A stretch of DNA of 64,000 bases from Auanema rhodensis (GCA_964057225.1 OZ059896.1:13454001-13518000), one strand, 5' to 3'; positions 27,201 to 40,200 are shown, counted from the stretch's first letter. The notes: a model not told the origin generated them from the letters alone. A program made the numbers and translations.

Positions 27201-29158
27201 TAATTGATCGTAATTGGATGGTTAAATTAACTGATTATGGTAATATTATAACAGAAATTTATCTAAACAATCTCTCATCTCATAGGTATTGCTGATCCAC
27301 TTGAACGATGGGAGAAACAAGGTGCTATCTCAATGGAAACATTGAAAGATGGAGAAGAAAAGAGTGGTTCAACCCAGAAAACAAGTAAATTCTAATTCTT
27401 ATCAACCTAAAATCAATTCAATATCTATGTTTTGTATTTGAGGTGTTCTCTATCAACCTCCTGAAGTCTTGAAAACTCAACAAAGCAACCGTGGACGACG
27501 TGTTGATCAAGTAAGTTACATTGTTTGCACACAGTGCAGGTGTACATCATGCATTGTGAATATCAGAGACGGGTTGGAACCCGAATTTATCCAAATATAC
27601 CAATTTAGAAATATCTAGGTTGGAATATTACTGATACACATGTATTTAAATGAGAATAGATTATAATCAAACCTCATTGTATTCCAAATTTTATTATAAC
27701 AGTATGAATATTAATAAGAAATTATCAGAAGCTTCATAGTCAACACTATATTCTTCAGTCATGGGTAAAGCAAACACAGGGTCGTCGTCAAGCAGGAGAC
27801 ATTTACTCCTTCGGTGTAGTTTTACATGAAATTTTGTTCAGAACTTTGCCATTCCCCGTCGGTACCGACATTCAAGGTAACCATTTATATTATAGAAATC
27901 AACATCTTAATTTGAATTGTCAGAATTGATTGATTATGTGAAAGATGGAGATAAAGTTTTTCGTCCATCTATTAAGGATAGAAACGAAATTCATCCGGAT
28001 ATGGTATCATTACTCTTGGATTGTTGGAATGAAAATCCTGATATTCGACCATCAATTCGAAGAGTTCGTTTGAATACAGATAGTTATCTGAAAGTGTGAG
28101 TAGGAGGAATAATATTGATTTCTTATGAAGAAATGTTTAGAAAAGGTTCTTTGGTTGATCAAATGATGAGAATGATGGAGCAATACGCTAATAATCTTGA
28201 GAAATTGGTACAAGAAAGAACTGGTATGCTTGAAGAAGCTAATGTTCGTGCGGATAAGCTATTATCTCAGCTCCTACCTAAGTGATTTTATACATTTATT
28301 TACTTAATAATATATGAAAACCATCAGATACGTAGCAAATGAGTTAAAACTTGGTCGCTCTGTTCCACCAAAAACATTCCAAACAGCTACTGTTATGTTC
28401 AGGTTCTGATCCAACATTTTCCTTAAAACATGGAATATCTTTTAGTGATATCGTTGGATTTACAACAATTTGTTCCTCATCCAGCCCATTAGAAGTTGTG
28501 AATATGTTAAACTCAATATATAGTAAATTTGATGATATCATAAATAAAAACATGGCATATAAGGTAATACTATGATGTTAGTTGTTTCACAGTAATACAA
28601 GAGTTCAGGTTGAAACAATTGGTGATGCTTATATGATTGTGTCCGGGATTCCAGAAGAAAACGGAAACAGACATATAATGCACATATGCGATACAGCTTT
28701 AGATCTTATGCAGGTATTGATGAACATTTTCTTCGAATTGAAATGCTAACTTTTAGATCCTGCAAACATATCAAATTCCACATCGACGAACTGAGCGCCT
28801 ACGTATTCGTCTAGGTATTCATAGTGGATGTGTTTCAGCAGGAGTTGTAGGCTTCTCAGCTCCACGCTATTGTCTATTTGGAGACACGGTACAGTACATA
28901 AAAGAGAGACAAACAAAGTAAATAATATGTCAGGTCAATATTGCGTCCCAAATGGAATCATCTGGTGAACCAGAAAAAATTCAACTGTCTGATGTTGCTA
29001 AGGTATTGCTTGATAGAGGATTCCCAGAGTTCCAATATGTTGAAAGAGGTCTAACCCAAATCAAGGTCTATAACCATCAAATTTGTCAATAAAACACAAT
29101 TTTTACACTTTAGGGCAAGGGGGAGATGACGACATATTGGTTACGTGGTAAAGCTTAA
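24273..29158 (+). CDS. gcy-23: Receptor guanylyl cyclase, AFD clade, gcy-23-like
   Basis: Short N-terminus [26 protein letters not shown]...[53 protein letters not shown] helix, kinase-homology and cyclase domains ([31 protein letters not shown]). The assignment within the gcy-8/18/23 clade is from memory. Confidence 0.7.
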
Positions 29159-29392
29159 GAATGCAGGAGTTTAAATGCTAAACACGCTTTCTTCCCTTAT
29201 TGTATTTCTTTAAAACTAATATTTACAATTCTTATTAAATTCTGTAGCGATATAAAATTTTGTTTTAATATGATGATTATGACGATGATGCGGTCTGATA
29301 CCCGAAGTATTATTATATATCAATAAATTATATGAATTTCATATTTTTTTGAGATATTACATCTAGATCTCATATTTAGATAGTGTTCGTTT

Positions 29393-29419
29393 GGTAGGCG
29401 TGGCATCAATGCGTCGCGT
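29393..29419. promoter_or_regulatory. GC-rich 27-nt motif, copy 1 (GGTAGGCG-TGGCATCAAT-GCGTCGCGT)
   Basis: 23/27 identical to the copy at 29732, in an otherwise very AT-rich spacer. Confidence 0.5.
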
Positions 29420-29731
29420 GTCTCGCCGCTTTCCCGTTAACAAATCATTTTGTATTTGAAAGCGGTCGATATACGGTTGTGTCTTGACTTTTCTTTTATT
29501 TCCTTTTTAATAAATGCTATTATTAAAACATAATGTACTATTAAATGCTATAATTTAATTTTTTTTTTAATTGAAATATCTATATAAAATATATAATATT
29601 GATCTATTGAGAACTAGTACTATTCATTACCTTATTATATTTCGAAAACATGTCATTCATGGAAAATGAAAAAATATATAATATTTTAATTTAATTTCTC
29701 ATCGAGACCCGATATGAAGATCAAAAATTAG

Positions 29732-29758
29732 GGTAGGCGGAGTACCAATGCGTCGCGT
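29732..29758. promoter_or_regulatory. GC-rich 27-nt motif, copy 2 (GGTAGGCG-GAGTACCAAT-GCGTCGCGT)
   Basis: Paired with copy 1; followed by the palindrome ACTCACGTGAGT at 29779. Confidence 0.5.
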
Positions 29759-31003
29759 CCGTTTGCATGCCCCTTCACACTCACGTGAGTAGTTCATTTT
29801 AGTTTGTTGCGATTTATTTTTTCTATTCATATTTTATTCATTTTATGTTAACTTATACAGTTGTAAATGCTTATTGATTTTTATTTCTAGAATGTTTCTT
29901 ATTTTACTTGCTCTTATTTTTCATTTGTTATTGCGTAATAGTGAAAAAAATCTTTTTAAAATACATTTATCATAATTTGGAAGTTTTTTTACTATTTCGC
30001 AAGTTTTTCAATATTTGCTAATCAAATATAAAACTGCAACGTAAGATTATATATATTTTTTTATTTGCATAACATTTGAAAAATCTAAAGAGCTCGATAA
30101 GAAACTCAGGCTTGCTGCCTATTATTGTCTCAAGATTGTATCCTAAGAATTTTATAACTGGATATTACTGACCTTAATTTATATTTGGCGTTATCAAGTT
30201 GACTCATTCTTTCTGTTCGAAGTGACTTATAATGTTTATATTCTAATCTTTTTTTTCATATTAAATGCACTAAAATCAGATAAGAGTATGAAATCAAAAG
30301 AATCACCCTAAGTACCTTATCATTTTCTCGTGTTCTCTTGTTTTCGGCCAATGGCTTTGCCGGGTAAATATATTTTAAATTTCCCGCGTCTACCGCGAAG
30401 CTAAGAGAGTGCGCCGATCGAAGAGAACAAGTGGAAAGCGGGAATATAGGGCTTGGTCGGTTTCCCGCCCGCCTATTTATTTGGCGTCCACGTCACCAGT
30501 CAGCACTCGTTTAAAGTTAAAATAAATATAAATAATTGAAATTACATTAATTTGTACTTTAACTGTTTTAACTTTCTTATAACATTTTCATGTTTTTTTT
30601 ATTTATTTTTTTGTTGTTGACATGCAGCACGCATTTCTTCTGATTGGCTGCGGCTTTTTTCTTTTCCTAACTTGTCATATCTTTAGCTGTTATTTTTAAG
30701 GTTTTTAAGATATATCTTATATCTTGAGTTTTGACTTTCTCCATCAATCAAATTTTATATTTGTCTTCGCATATTTTTACCGATCTTATCTTTCCTTACG
30801 TTTTTCTTGCGGATTGTTTTAAATGTTGTGCCCTATTGCGATCGATACTGAGGTCTTACCGCGACGCATCGTGTAGGCAGCAAACGACGCCGCAGCGTCG
30901 TGCTAGCCGCATCACATGTTTTTGGAACGCCCATTTCTCATGTCGTACTTGAATTTTTTTGAATAATTTTTTAAAGTAATATCCTTATTGATTGATTCTT
31001 TAG

Positions 31004-31505
<502 letters not shown>

Positions 31506-34015
31506 ACTCACTTTATTATAATAAAGATCTCGTAATCCATCTGTATTTATGTTGTACCAACTCCCTTTCCTAACCTAGTTTTCTTTCTAACTTTGGCAAG
31601 CAAAACGTTTTGAAATAAACATTAATATTCCATGCTAAATAAATTTTTGAATAAATCAGTACCCTCCATACGATTTTCTTTTTTTCTGTGAATTCTATAT
31701 TGAACAAGGGTTGCAAGTATCAGTTATTATGAAACAGTTATTGTATGCTTATCACTGTTAAGGTCGTGAATTGTTTTCTGCATATCAGTCTTGAACAAAC
31801 GGTTTGGTTATATATCGATTAGTTCGTTGTAATGTGTGAAGCGCAAAGTTGGGCGGAGTTACAACTAATCAATAGCTGCGTTGCTTTATTATAGTATCTG
31901 TGGCGGGAACTTTGAACTTCATTTTTCATGGAAAGTTGAGGCATGAGTAACCTGAAATGTGAAAAAAACATTTTGGAATTTTAAAAGTTATCTGGAAAAA
32001 AAAAGAAAAAATCTGCTTTTAACTTGCGTTGGTGATTAAATATTTTGAATTGAAGATCTTATACTATTATTAAAAAATATATATTTGTGAAATTGTTAAT
32101 TATTGTTTATTTACTTTTAAAAATAGATTCATAAAATCAAAAGATTTTGTTTCTGTCTAACTTGTTTTCTGAATTGTTTCAGAAAAAAGTTATTTTTAAT
32201 ATAAATTGTTTGTTATAATTTTGTATAAAAAGAGGATCGGATTAAATTATTTTTTTGTTCAAATATTATTGAAATTAATTCAGAAAATAAATTTACTTTA
32301 TTAAATTTTAAAAATCATATGAGTCTCTGTGGAAATTAAATTTCAAATTACACACATAGAGACATAGTTACATAGTTATTGAGTAACTTTATAAGGTCTC
32401 AAAAATCGAATATATAAGAACGTATTAGTATTTCCAGAATTCGAAGAAAAAAATGCTGGAAGCACATATTATTCACGCCCAATGCTTATAATATTATAAA
32501 ATATTTTTAAATTACCTAACTCGTTTTCAGTTCACAATGCTATCCTGAAGTTTTACTGTCACTTTTGACTGATATAGGTAAATCTCGATCCGGTTGGAAA
32601 TAATTACCCAACAACTTGGATTCGATTGCACCCTATGGATATAAACAAGAATTTTCCCTTTCTATCTTATTTCCGGACACAAAACTTCATAACTTCCGTA
32701 ATAATATGTTAGATGATGATCTTTGTTATATATTCTAGTAATTCAACAAAAAAAAGTGTTTTTTTCTTTTATTTTCACTGAAAAAAATTTGTTGCTCAAT
32801 CATTTTTTATGTTGCTCTCGTAATATCACGCAAATATTTCCTTATTGGCAAACATTCAAATATTTCTGTTTTTTTAAAAAGAAAGGAAGAAACAGGACAA
32901 GATGGTTGATTTTTCATGTTGACTTTTGCGAATTTTTGTAAGAAAACAAAATATTCGAATCATTTGGCTCCGGATCAGTAGTGCTGAAGCTGAAACAGGC
33001 GTTACGTTTTCAGAATATTTTGGACAGTTGTGCTGTTTGCTTTGATAAACGGAACTATACATCTATTCGCCCACTAGTAAAGCTTACAACTCAAGCCTAG
33101 TCAAGATATCAAGCTTAATCTATACAGCTCCATCAAGCAAATTCATCAAGTCATCATTTTCTTGTTCTGCCTGCCTGCTTGCAGCAATTATGTTCCTGCC
33201 TCTCCCACTTTCTCTGATTTTCTCGCTATTTCCAGGAATATAATGTAGATTTATAAGATGGAATAATAAAATAAGAGATATGCGCATGCTCATCTGCTCA
33301 TTTTCTCTCCCTATCATCCTTTATCCGTGCATTGGCTCAGTTCGTAGCCATGTCGGTCGCCCGGTCGGTCGACTTCTTCTGCCTGTGGCTTAGCTAACAC
33401 TTCCAGCTTCAGTCACCGTGATGGCAGCTGTGATAAGAAGACTAAAGCAGTCCTCGCCTAAGCATTTGTTGTGGAAACATTACACAATTTTTTCAATTTC
33501 ATTCTCATCACATCTCATCTATCGTTCCACGATTAGCTTTTTATATCTGATATGAATCATTCTTCAGAGTTTTTTCTGATTTTACTGTATTGCTTAATCT
33601 ATATTTTCTGTTCATAATTCACTCATTTCTTTATCATCTCCATTTCATATACTAGATAGTTTCATACGAGCTACAGTATCCCCCAACTATTATAAAAATA
33701 AGTGAAACTTGAAAATTTCGTAACAAAAAAAAATAATTTTGTAATTTTTTTCTATTTTTGTTTCAATTTTATTTCAAGTTTGAATTTGTATAATGTGTAG
33801 TTGATCGTTCATCTATTCTCACGTGAACTGTTTCATTTCTTAGTATGTAGATGTTGAGAACGGTTGTTCATAGACCATTAATCATTTCTTTTCCAATTAT
33901 ATATTTAAATTACATACATTGTTTGGAAATGTATTATAATATAACATATAATTAAATATATGTTTATAACATTTAAGATATTTTTGTAGTTTTTAACATA
34001 TATTAATCACTACAA

Positions 34016-34135
34016 TCTCTCTGTCTCTCTCTCTGTCTCTCTCTGTCTCTCTTTGTCTCTCTCTGTCTCTCTCTCTCTGTCTCTCTCTGTCTCTCTCTCT
34101 GTCTCTTCCTCTCTCTCTCTCTCTCTCTCTCTCTC
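34016..34135. repeat. Compound (CT)n/(CTGT) microsatellite
   Basis: Seen directly. Confidence 0.95.
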
Positions 34136-34520
34136 CCTTTGATTAAGTATAAATCAAAATCTAGAAACTATATTCATATTCAGTTATGATCAAAATTAAA
34201 ATTGTTTATGATCAAAAATTTCATATTTTCGTTGCTAGGTTACTTGCAACATTCATATTATTATAATTTTATCATTTATTATTATTTAAACATGTATTTT
34301 ATATTTTCCATTTGAGTATTTTATCTTTATTTCTATCCCTTGTTTTCAAAATTTCTTTTAATTTTCTTTTTTTTTCTTTTCTCTAGAGTATATATCCGAT
34401 TTTCGGTTTTTTATATCACTCGATAGTTTGAAAAGCAGTGTGTAATTCGCTTATCCGCCTACAAAAAATCGCCACTATTAAATTTTTCATTCTTTCTGTA
34501 TTTTTGGTTTTAATTTTCAG

Positions 34521-37500
34521 ATGAGGAGTTCAATTCTCATACTGTTGGTAGTAGCATCTGCGTTTGCAGCTCCTGTTAAAGAGGTAAGAAATCGATAATT
34601 ACAGTAGATGTCTACCGTCAATTTTCTCATTTCAGCAGGAAATTACCGAAAGCAAAGATGTTTCCAAAAGTAAGTTCAACTATTCAAGTTTCTTTTGAAT
34701 ATTTATTTGTTCAGGAAGTGCAGATGGTGAAGCTGTAGGTATGTAATCATTTTATTTTCGTTTTTTCTGGGTTGATTATCTGAATTTCCCCCATATGGTC
34801 ATTCCTCAAAAACATCCACAGAGAATCAGTATTTATTATAAGGAAAGGTGCAAGTGCTTCAAGCTTATTCATCTATCTATCCATCAGATTTATTGTTGAT
34901 TATCGTATTTTACATGTTTTATACTAACTATATTATACTAACTATAACTATAATATGTAGATGGATAGTATATATAGAATAGCTTGATTAGTATTAGTAC
35001 ATCAGACCATATAAGGGAATAGTCATATTAACAAAGTGGTCCATGTATATGTATAATAGATGTTTATTGTCTTTTCAATACTATCTTCCATTCATTCTTC
35101 ATCTTTTTTTTTGTCCAACCATTTCTCATCTAGGTGGACTACAACCTGTTAAAACCTATGTGTATACTGCCACAGGACAATTCATCAATAAACTTGGTTC
35201 GAATATGCTTTTTTAATATATTCATCTCACAAATTATATGTTTACGTAGACAATTGCTTTCACCACCAACAGCACCTACAAAATCATCATATTCTTCAGT
35301 TTCTGTTCATTTACTTAATCGTTTCATGTCATATGTCACGTGTTCGTCAAACTTGTCATGCTCATCTAATTAACGGATGTGTGTCCTGATGTTTTCTGAG
35401 TTAATTGTGTCGCTTGCAGCACAACGCACCTTCCGCTTAGAAGCTAAATTACAAGCCCAGCTTGATAGACCCAAAAGACAAGATGATGCTGATGACCTAA
35501 ATCCGGCTGAGCAAGATGCACAAGGACCTTTCCAAGCTACTGAAGAGCATACAGATTCTCCTTCTGTTCCTGAGCAACCACAGCAGCCTGAGCAACAGCC
35601 ACAGTATTATCCAACTAGGGAATCTCCCGAAGACGAGGCTCGTAGACGTGAAGCTTGGTACCGTCGCTGTCGTGGACGTCAACAGGCTCAACGCCGCCCA
35701 GATGAAACTCCTCGTCCAGGATGCCAACCATATCGCGATCCTACACCACCAGTCCAACAACAGCGCCCACCTTGTGGTGAAGCTCGCCAGCAATCTCAAC
35801 AGCCTGCTCCATGCCTTCCGGCTCCACCTGAGTGGCCACAATATCCAAGATACCCAGACTTACCTGAAGACAATCCACGCACCTCTCCACAAAAGCCAGT
35901 ACCTCCACCAAAGTATAACCAACCAGCCCCACCCCAGCCACAAAGACAATACGGATGTGGAGGACAACAAGCATACTCTAATACTCCTTGTCTTCCTGCT
36001 CCACAACAGCCACCTCCACGGCCACAACCTCAACAGAGCTATGGATGTGGACCAGCTCAACAGCCTCAGCAGCAACCTCAACCGCAACCACAACCTCAAC
36101 CTCAACGTAGCTACGGGTGTGCTCCAGCTCCTCAACCACAACCCCAACCACAACCCCAACCACAACGTGTAGAACATAACAACTTTCCACCCGCTACTTC
36201 CGGATGTCAATATCAGCAACAGGCTCAACAGCCTTCACCTTGTCAAGTTTACCATTACCAACAACCAGCTGACCGTACCGAAAACCGTCCCAACGAATTC
36301 CGTCAAACAACCGGATGCGTGAGCTATCCACAACCAAATACTGATAACGGTCAACAAACACCACCCTACCAACAACAACAACAAAATGATCCATGCGAAG
36401 GAAAAGTTCAAATTGTTTCAGTTGATGCAAGTGGAAAAGTTGAACATTACATGTACAATACGGCAAAGGATGGTGGAGAGGTTGTTGGTAAGCTTTAAAT
36501 TTAGAGCATCAATTTGATATAATATTACATATAGTTAGTTAATACTATGAGTAGAAAATAGTAAAAATTGAAAAGAAAAACAATATTCTATAGCTACTAT
36601 GTCAAGCGATGATCGAAATGATTTCCATGCCGCTGTTGGAAGAATTGGTTGTTTACATTATTATAAAATCTATGCGTATAATTAACACAACTTAATCACA
36701 TAGTTAGCACCGTTGTTCACTTCAACCACATAGCTAGATATTACTATTTTCCATTTTGCTTTAAGTTTTGCCATTAGGACATTAGTTAATTATGTTGAAA
36801 ACATAGTTATAGTTCAATTTTCATGACATATCCTATTCAGGAGACGCCTTTAACTCAGCCGTCGAAGGAGCTAAAGAAGGAGCTGCTGCTGTAGCTGAAA
36901 AAGCCGGTAAGTAACACCAATTTCTTTTCCTTTTTTGCAAAAAAAGTATTCATTTGACCTTTGACACTTTGTTTTCATTTTGTGATCTCACCAAACATTA
37001 GTCTTAGTCTTATATGCACGATAGCACTTTCCAGAAATTTCCTCCGAATCAACTAACGAAGAATCTGAATAAATGATCGGTGCGTAAGCTTGAGTTTTAA
37101 GCTTCACAGTCAATATCCACCATTCTTAACTTTCTTTTTTTTATATTTTTAGATTATTATTATAAAAGAACAAAAGAATTGTTTCTTTACTATTATTTTT
37201 TCTTTTTTTCTCATTTTTTTTACATCACCAACAATCAACAATCATCATCATTGCCATAATAATGTAGTAATTGTTATTTCACCATAAATAAAATGTTTTG
37301 TCATCTAGATATATTAGAAATATAGTTATAAATTTATATACATACATATATAAATATATATTTATATATGTAAGTATTAGAATTTCAAAAAATATTAAAT
37401 TTATGTAGCTATTACATATAATTAGTCTGTTTTTGTTTTGAAATAGTTTGTCACACTAACACATTTACTCTGGTTTTGTTTTTCTATTGACACATAATAT

Positions 37501-39910
37501 AATTAGCTTGGTTCAAACATGTTTCATTGCTTATGCTCTTTTATTTTAACTTAAGTTTCGCTTATATAGGTGACGTTGCTTCTGATATCGGCAAAGATAC
37601 TGAACATACTTCTAGTAAGTTCAGCATATAATAGAGAATAGTTAATGATAGTTATACAGTTCTTATTTTTGTTGTTTTGTTGTTGTGATTTGTAGTGGAA
37701 ATAATTTAATTTTTAGGTGATTTGTATAATTCAGCTAAGGATAAAGTTGAAGGTGCTGGTAATGCTGTATCTGAAACAGCAGGTAATGAGATTTGAAAAA
37801 CAAATTTATCGAATAAACTGTAATAATACAACCGGTTGCCATGCGCAATAACATTAATAATGAAAAATAAGAAAAAATTAGAATATTGATTATATATAAA
37901 TTAGAATAATACATTTAAAAATATTATAAACAAAATTATGAAGGACATATGGCTGATTCTGTTCATGATGGACTTCTCGCTGTTGGAGAAGGCGCAGAGT
38001 CTGCTGCTAATGCTGCTAAAGAAGGAGTTGAATCAGCTGCCGAAACCATTTGTATTACTGTTTTCACAAAATAGAAAAAATAAAATAGAATTTCAGCTGA
38101 TGCTGCAACATCTGCTAAAGATTCCGTAGCTCATGGACTAGAGAGAACAGGTGCAGCTATTGGAGAAGTTGGAGCAGCTTCTAGAGATGCTGTTGCATCT
38201 GGACTGGAAAAAACCTCTGAATTTATAGGTTTGAGAGAAATTATTCTTAAAACGAAAACATAATAAATACTAGGAGATTCAGCAAGTGCAGCTAAAGATG
38301 GTGTTGTTGCTGGATATGATAAAACCACAGAATTTATAGGTGTTTACTGAAGTTTTGAAAGAAGCATGAACCATTTTTTAGGTGATACTGCAAGTGCTGC
38401 CAAAGATGGCTTAGTGTCTGCTGGTGAATCAATTGGAGGAATTGCTAGTAAGTTATAAAATGCTTACTAATGTTAACTATACAAAGCTTATATCACAGCC
38501 AACTAACATACTTTTATAGATGATGCTGCTCACGCTGTCAAGGACGGTGTATCATCCGCAGGACATGCAATCTCTGAAACAGCCAGTACTACCCAAACGA
38601 TCAACTATAGTTATAATATACTAATACTATTATAGGTGATGCTGCTCATGCAGTCAAAGATGGATTAAGCTCTACTGGAACTGCTATCTCAGATACAGCT
38701 GGTAAATAAAAAAACCTTTTTAGATCATATTCATAAGCTTTCAAGGTGATGCTGCTAATGCTGTTAAAGATGGATTAAGCTCTGCTGGAACAGTTATCAG
38801 TGATGCAGCTAGTAAAAATATTTTTCAATAATTTAAAGCTATTTTTTGGTTTCAGGTGATGCTGCTCATGCTGTCTCTGATACAGCCAGTACGTTTAGAA
38901 CTAATACCGAAACATAACGTCATTTTATCATTCCAGGTGATGCTGCCAATACCGTTAAAGATGGATTGAACTCTGCTGGACATGCTATCAGCGATACAGC
39001 CAGTATTGTTGTTTTCTATAAAGTGCATTTATTTTGTTATCTTCAGGTGATGCTGCTAATGCTGTAAAAGAAGGAGGCAAAGCTACTGGGGAAAAACTTG
39101 GTTTGTTTAATACACACGTCATAATAATCGAGTTTATCTATTTTTAGCTGAAGGTGCTAATGCTGTCATGGATGGAGCCAAGGACACAGCTACCGGTGTA
39201 GCCCATTTTGCCTGTAATTACAGTCTATATAAGTAGAAGTTGTAAACATGTTTTCAGCTGGTGCGGCTGAAACAGTGAAGGAAGGCGTTATGTCAGCTGG
39301 TAATTCTATTGGCGGAGTTTTGAGTAAGTTTATCTTTGGCGATAGCTTAAGAATATTAATATTTAATAGGTGATGCTGCCGGAGCAGTCAAGGATGGAGC
39401 TGTCGGGGCTGGAAATGCAATTGCTGATGCAGCTGGTACAGTAAAAGATGGAACAGTTGAAGCAGGACACTCAATCGCTAGTGCTGCATGTAAGTATGAT
39501 AATAGTAATATTTGTAAAACATCTTGTTCTAGCTGATGCATATGATAAATTGAGCGGAGCTGGATCACAAGCTGTTGATGAATCAGGTAGGAAGAATAAT
39601 TAAAAATAAAGAAAATGTGATTAAAATTCAATTTCAGCTAAAGGTGTTGGAGAATTGAAAGATGGGCTCGCTTCTGCAGGTAACACAATCGGAGACCACA
39701 CATGTAAGTGTTCCATCCTTTCTCATGAATTTTGATTTTTAAACTTTAAAATATTTTTAAATTACAGCTGACGCAGCAAGTGCTGTTAAAGATGGTATTA
39801 CAAATACAAATGATAAAATTGGTTTGATAATAATTTAAAACAAAATCAAAAAAAAAAATGTTTCAGGAGGAGCTTTGAGTGATCTTGGTGATTCAATGAA
39901 ATCCAAATAA
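34521..39910 (+). CDS. Secreted modular protein: signal peptide, large Q/P/C-rich exon and LEA-like 11/22-mer Ala/Gly-rich repeats
   Basis: MRSSILILLVVASAFA signal peptide. Exon 35420-36488 is Q/P rich with YGC repeats. Many 66-nt exons encode GDAAHAVKDGLSSAGHAISDTA-type units. Stop at 39908-39910. Exon connectivity is inferred from phase, not observed. Confidence 0.7.
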
Positions 39911-40200
39911 AATTTTTCTTCTAAAAAAAGCTACTCATCTAGAAACTTCCTGCTCAGAATATCGAAGAAATCCCAACACATCTCCATTTTTTTAAAGTTT
40001 TATATGTAAATTAAATAAATAAATATTTTTCTTTTATAATGATTGATAAGAATTAACTACAAAGGACAATAGGGCTTTGTGTTTTTTTTTAAGCAAACAA
40101 ACACTAATTTTGTATGTTTTCAAAGAACAATTCAAATTTTTTTGCTTAAAAGGAAAATTTTACATTTCATTTTCTGAACATTTCTTTTATTCTTTACAAT

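Noticed and set aside
29270-29298. ATGATGA...CTGA C/D-box-like pair
   Set aside because: Boxes are under 30 nt apart, with no terminal stem or downstream D box.
30848-30864. Resemblance to the U4 snRNA 5' stem-loop (TGAGGTCTTACC)
   Set aside because: The K-turn GA pair is missing and there are no U6-pairing segments.
35497-36466. Several long overlapping ORFs on both strands
   Set aside because: Shadows of the repetitive Q/P-rich exon.
38491-38512. TATCACAGCCA matching the 5' end of miR-2 family
   Set aside because: Only 11 nt match, in a 70-nt intron with no precursor hairpin and the wrong position for a mirtron.
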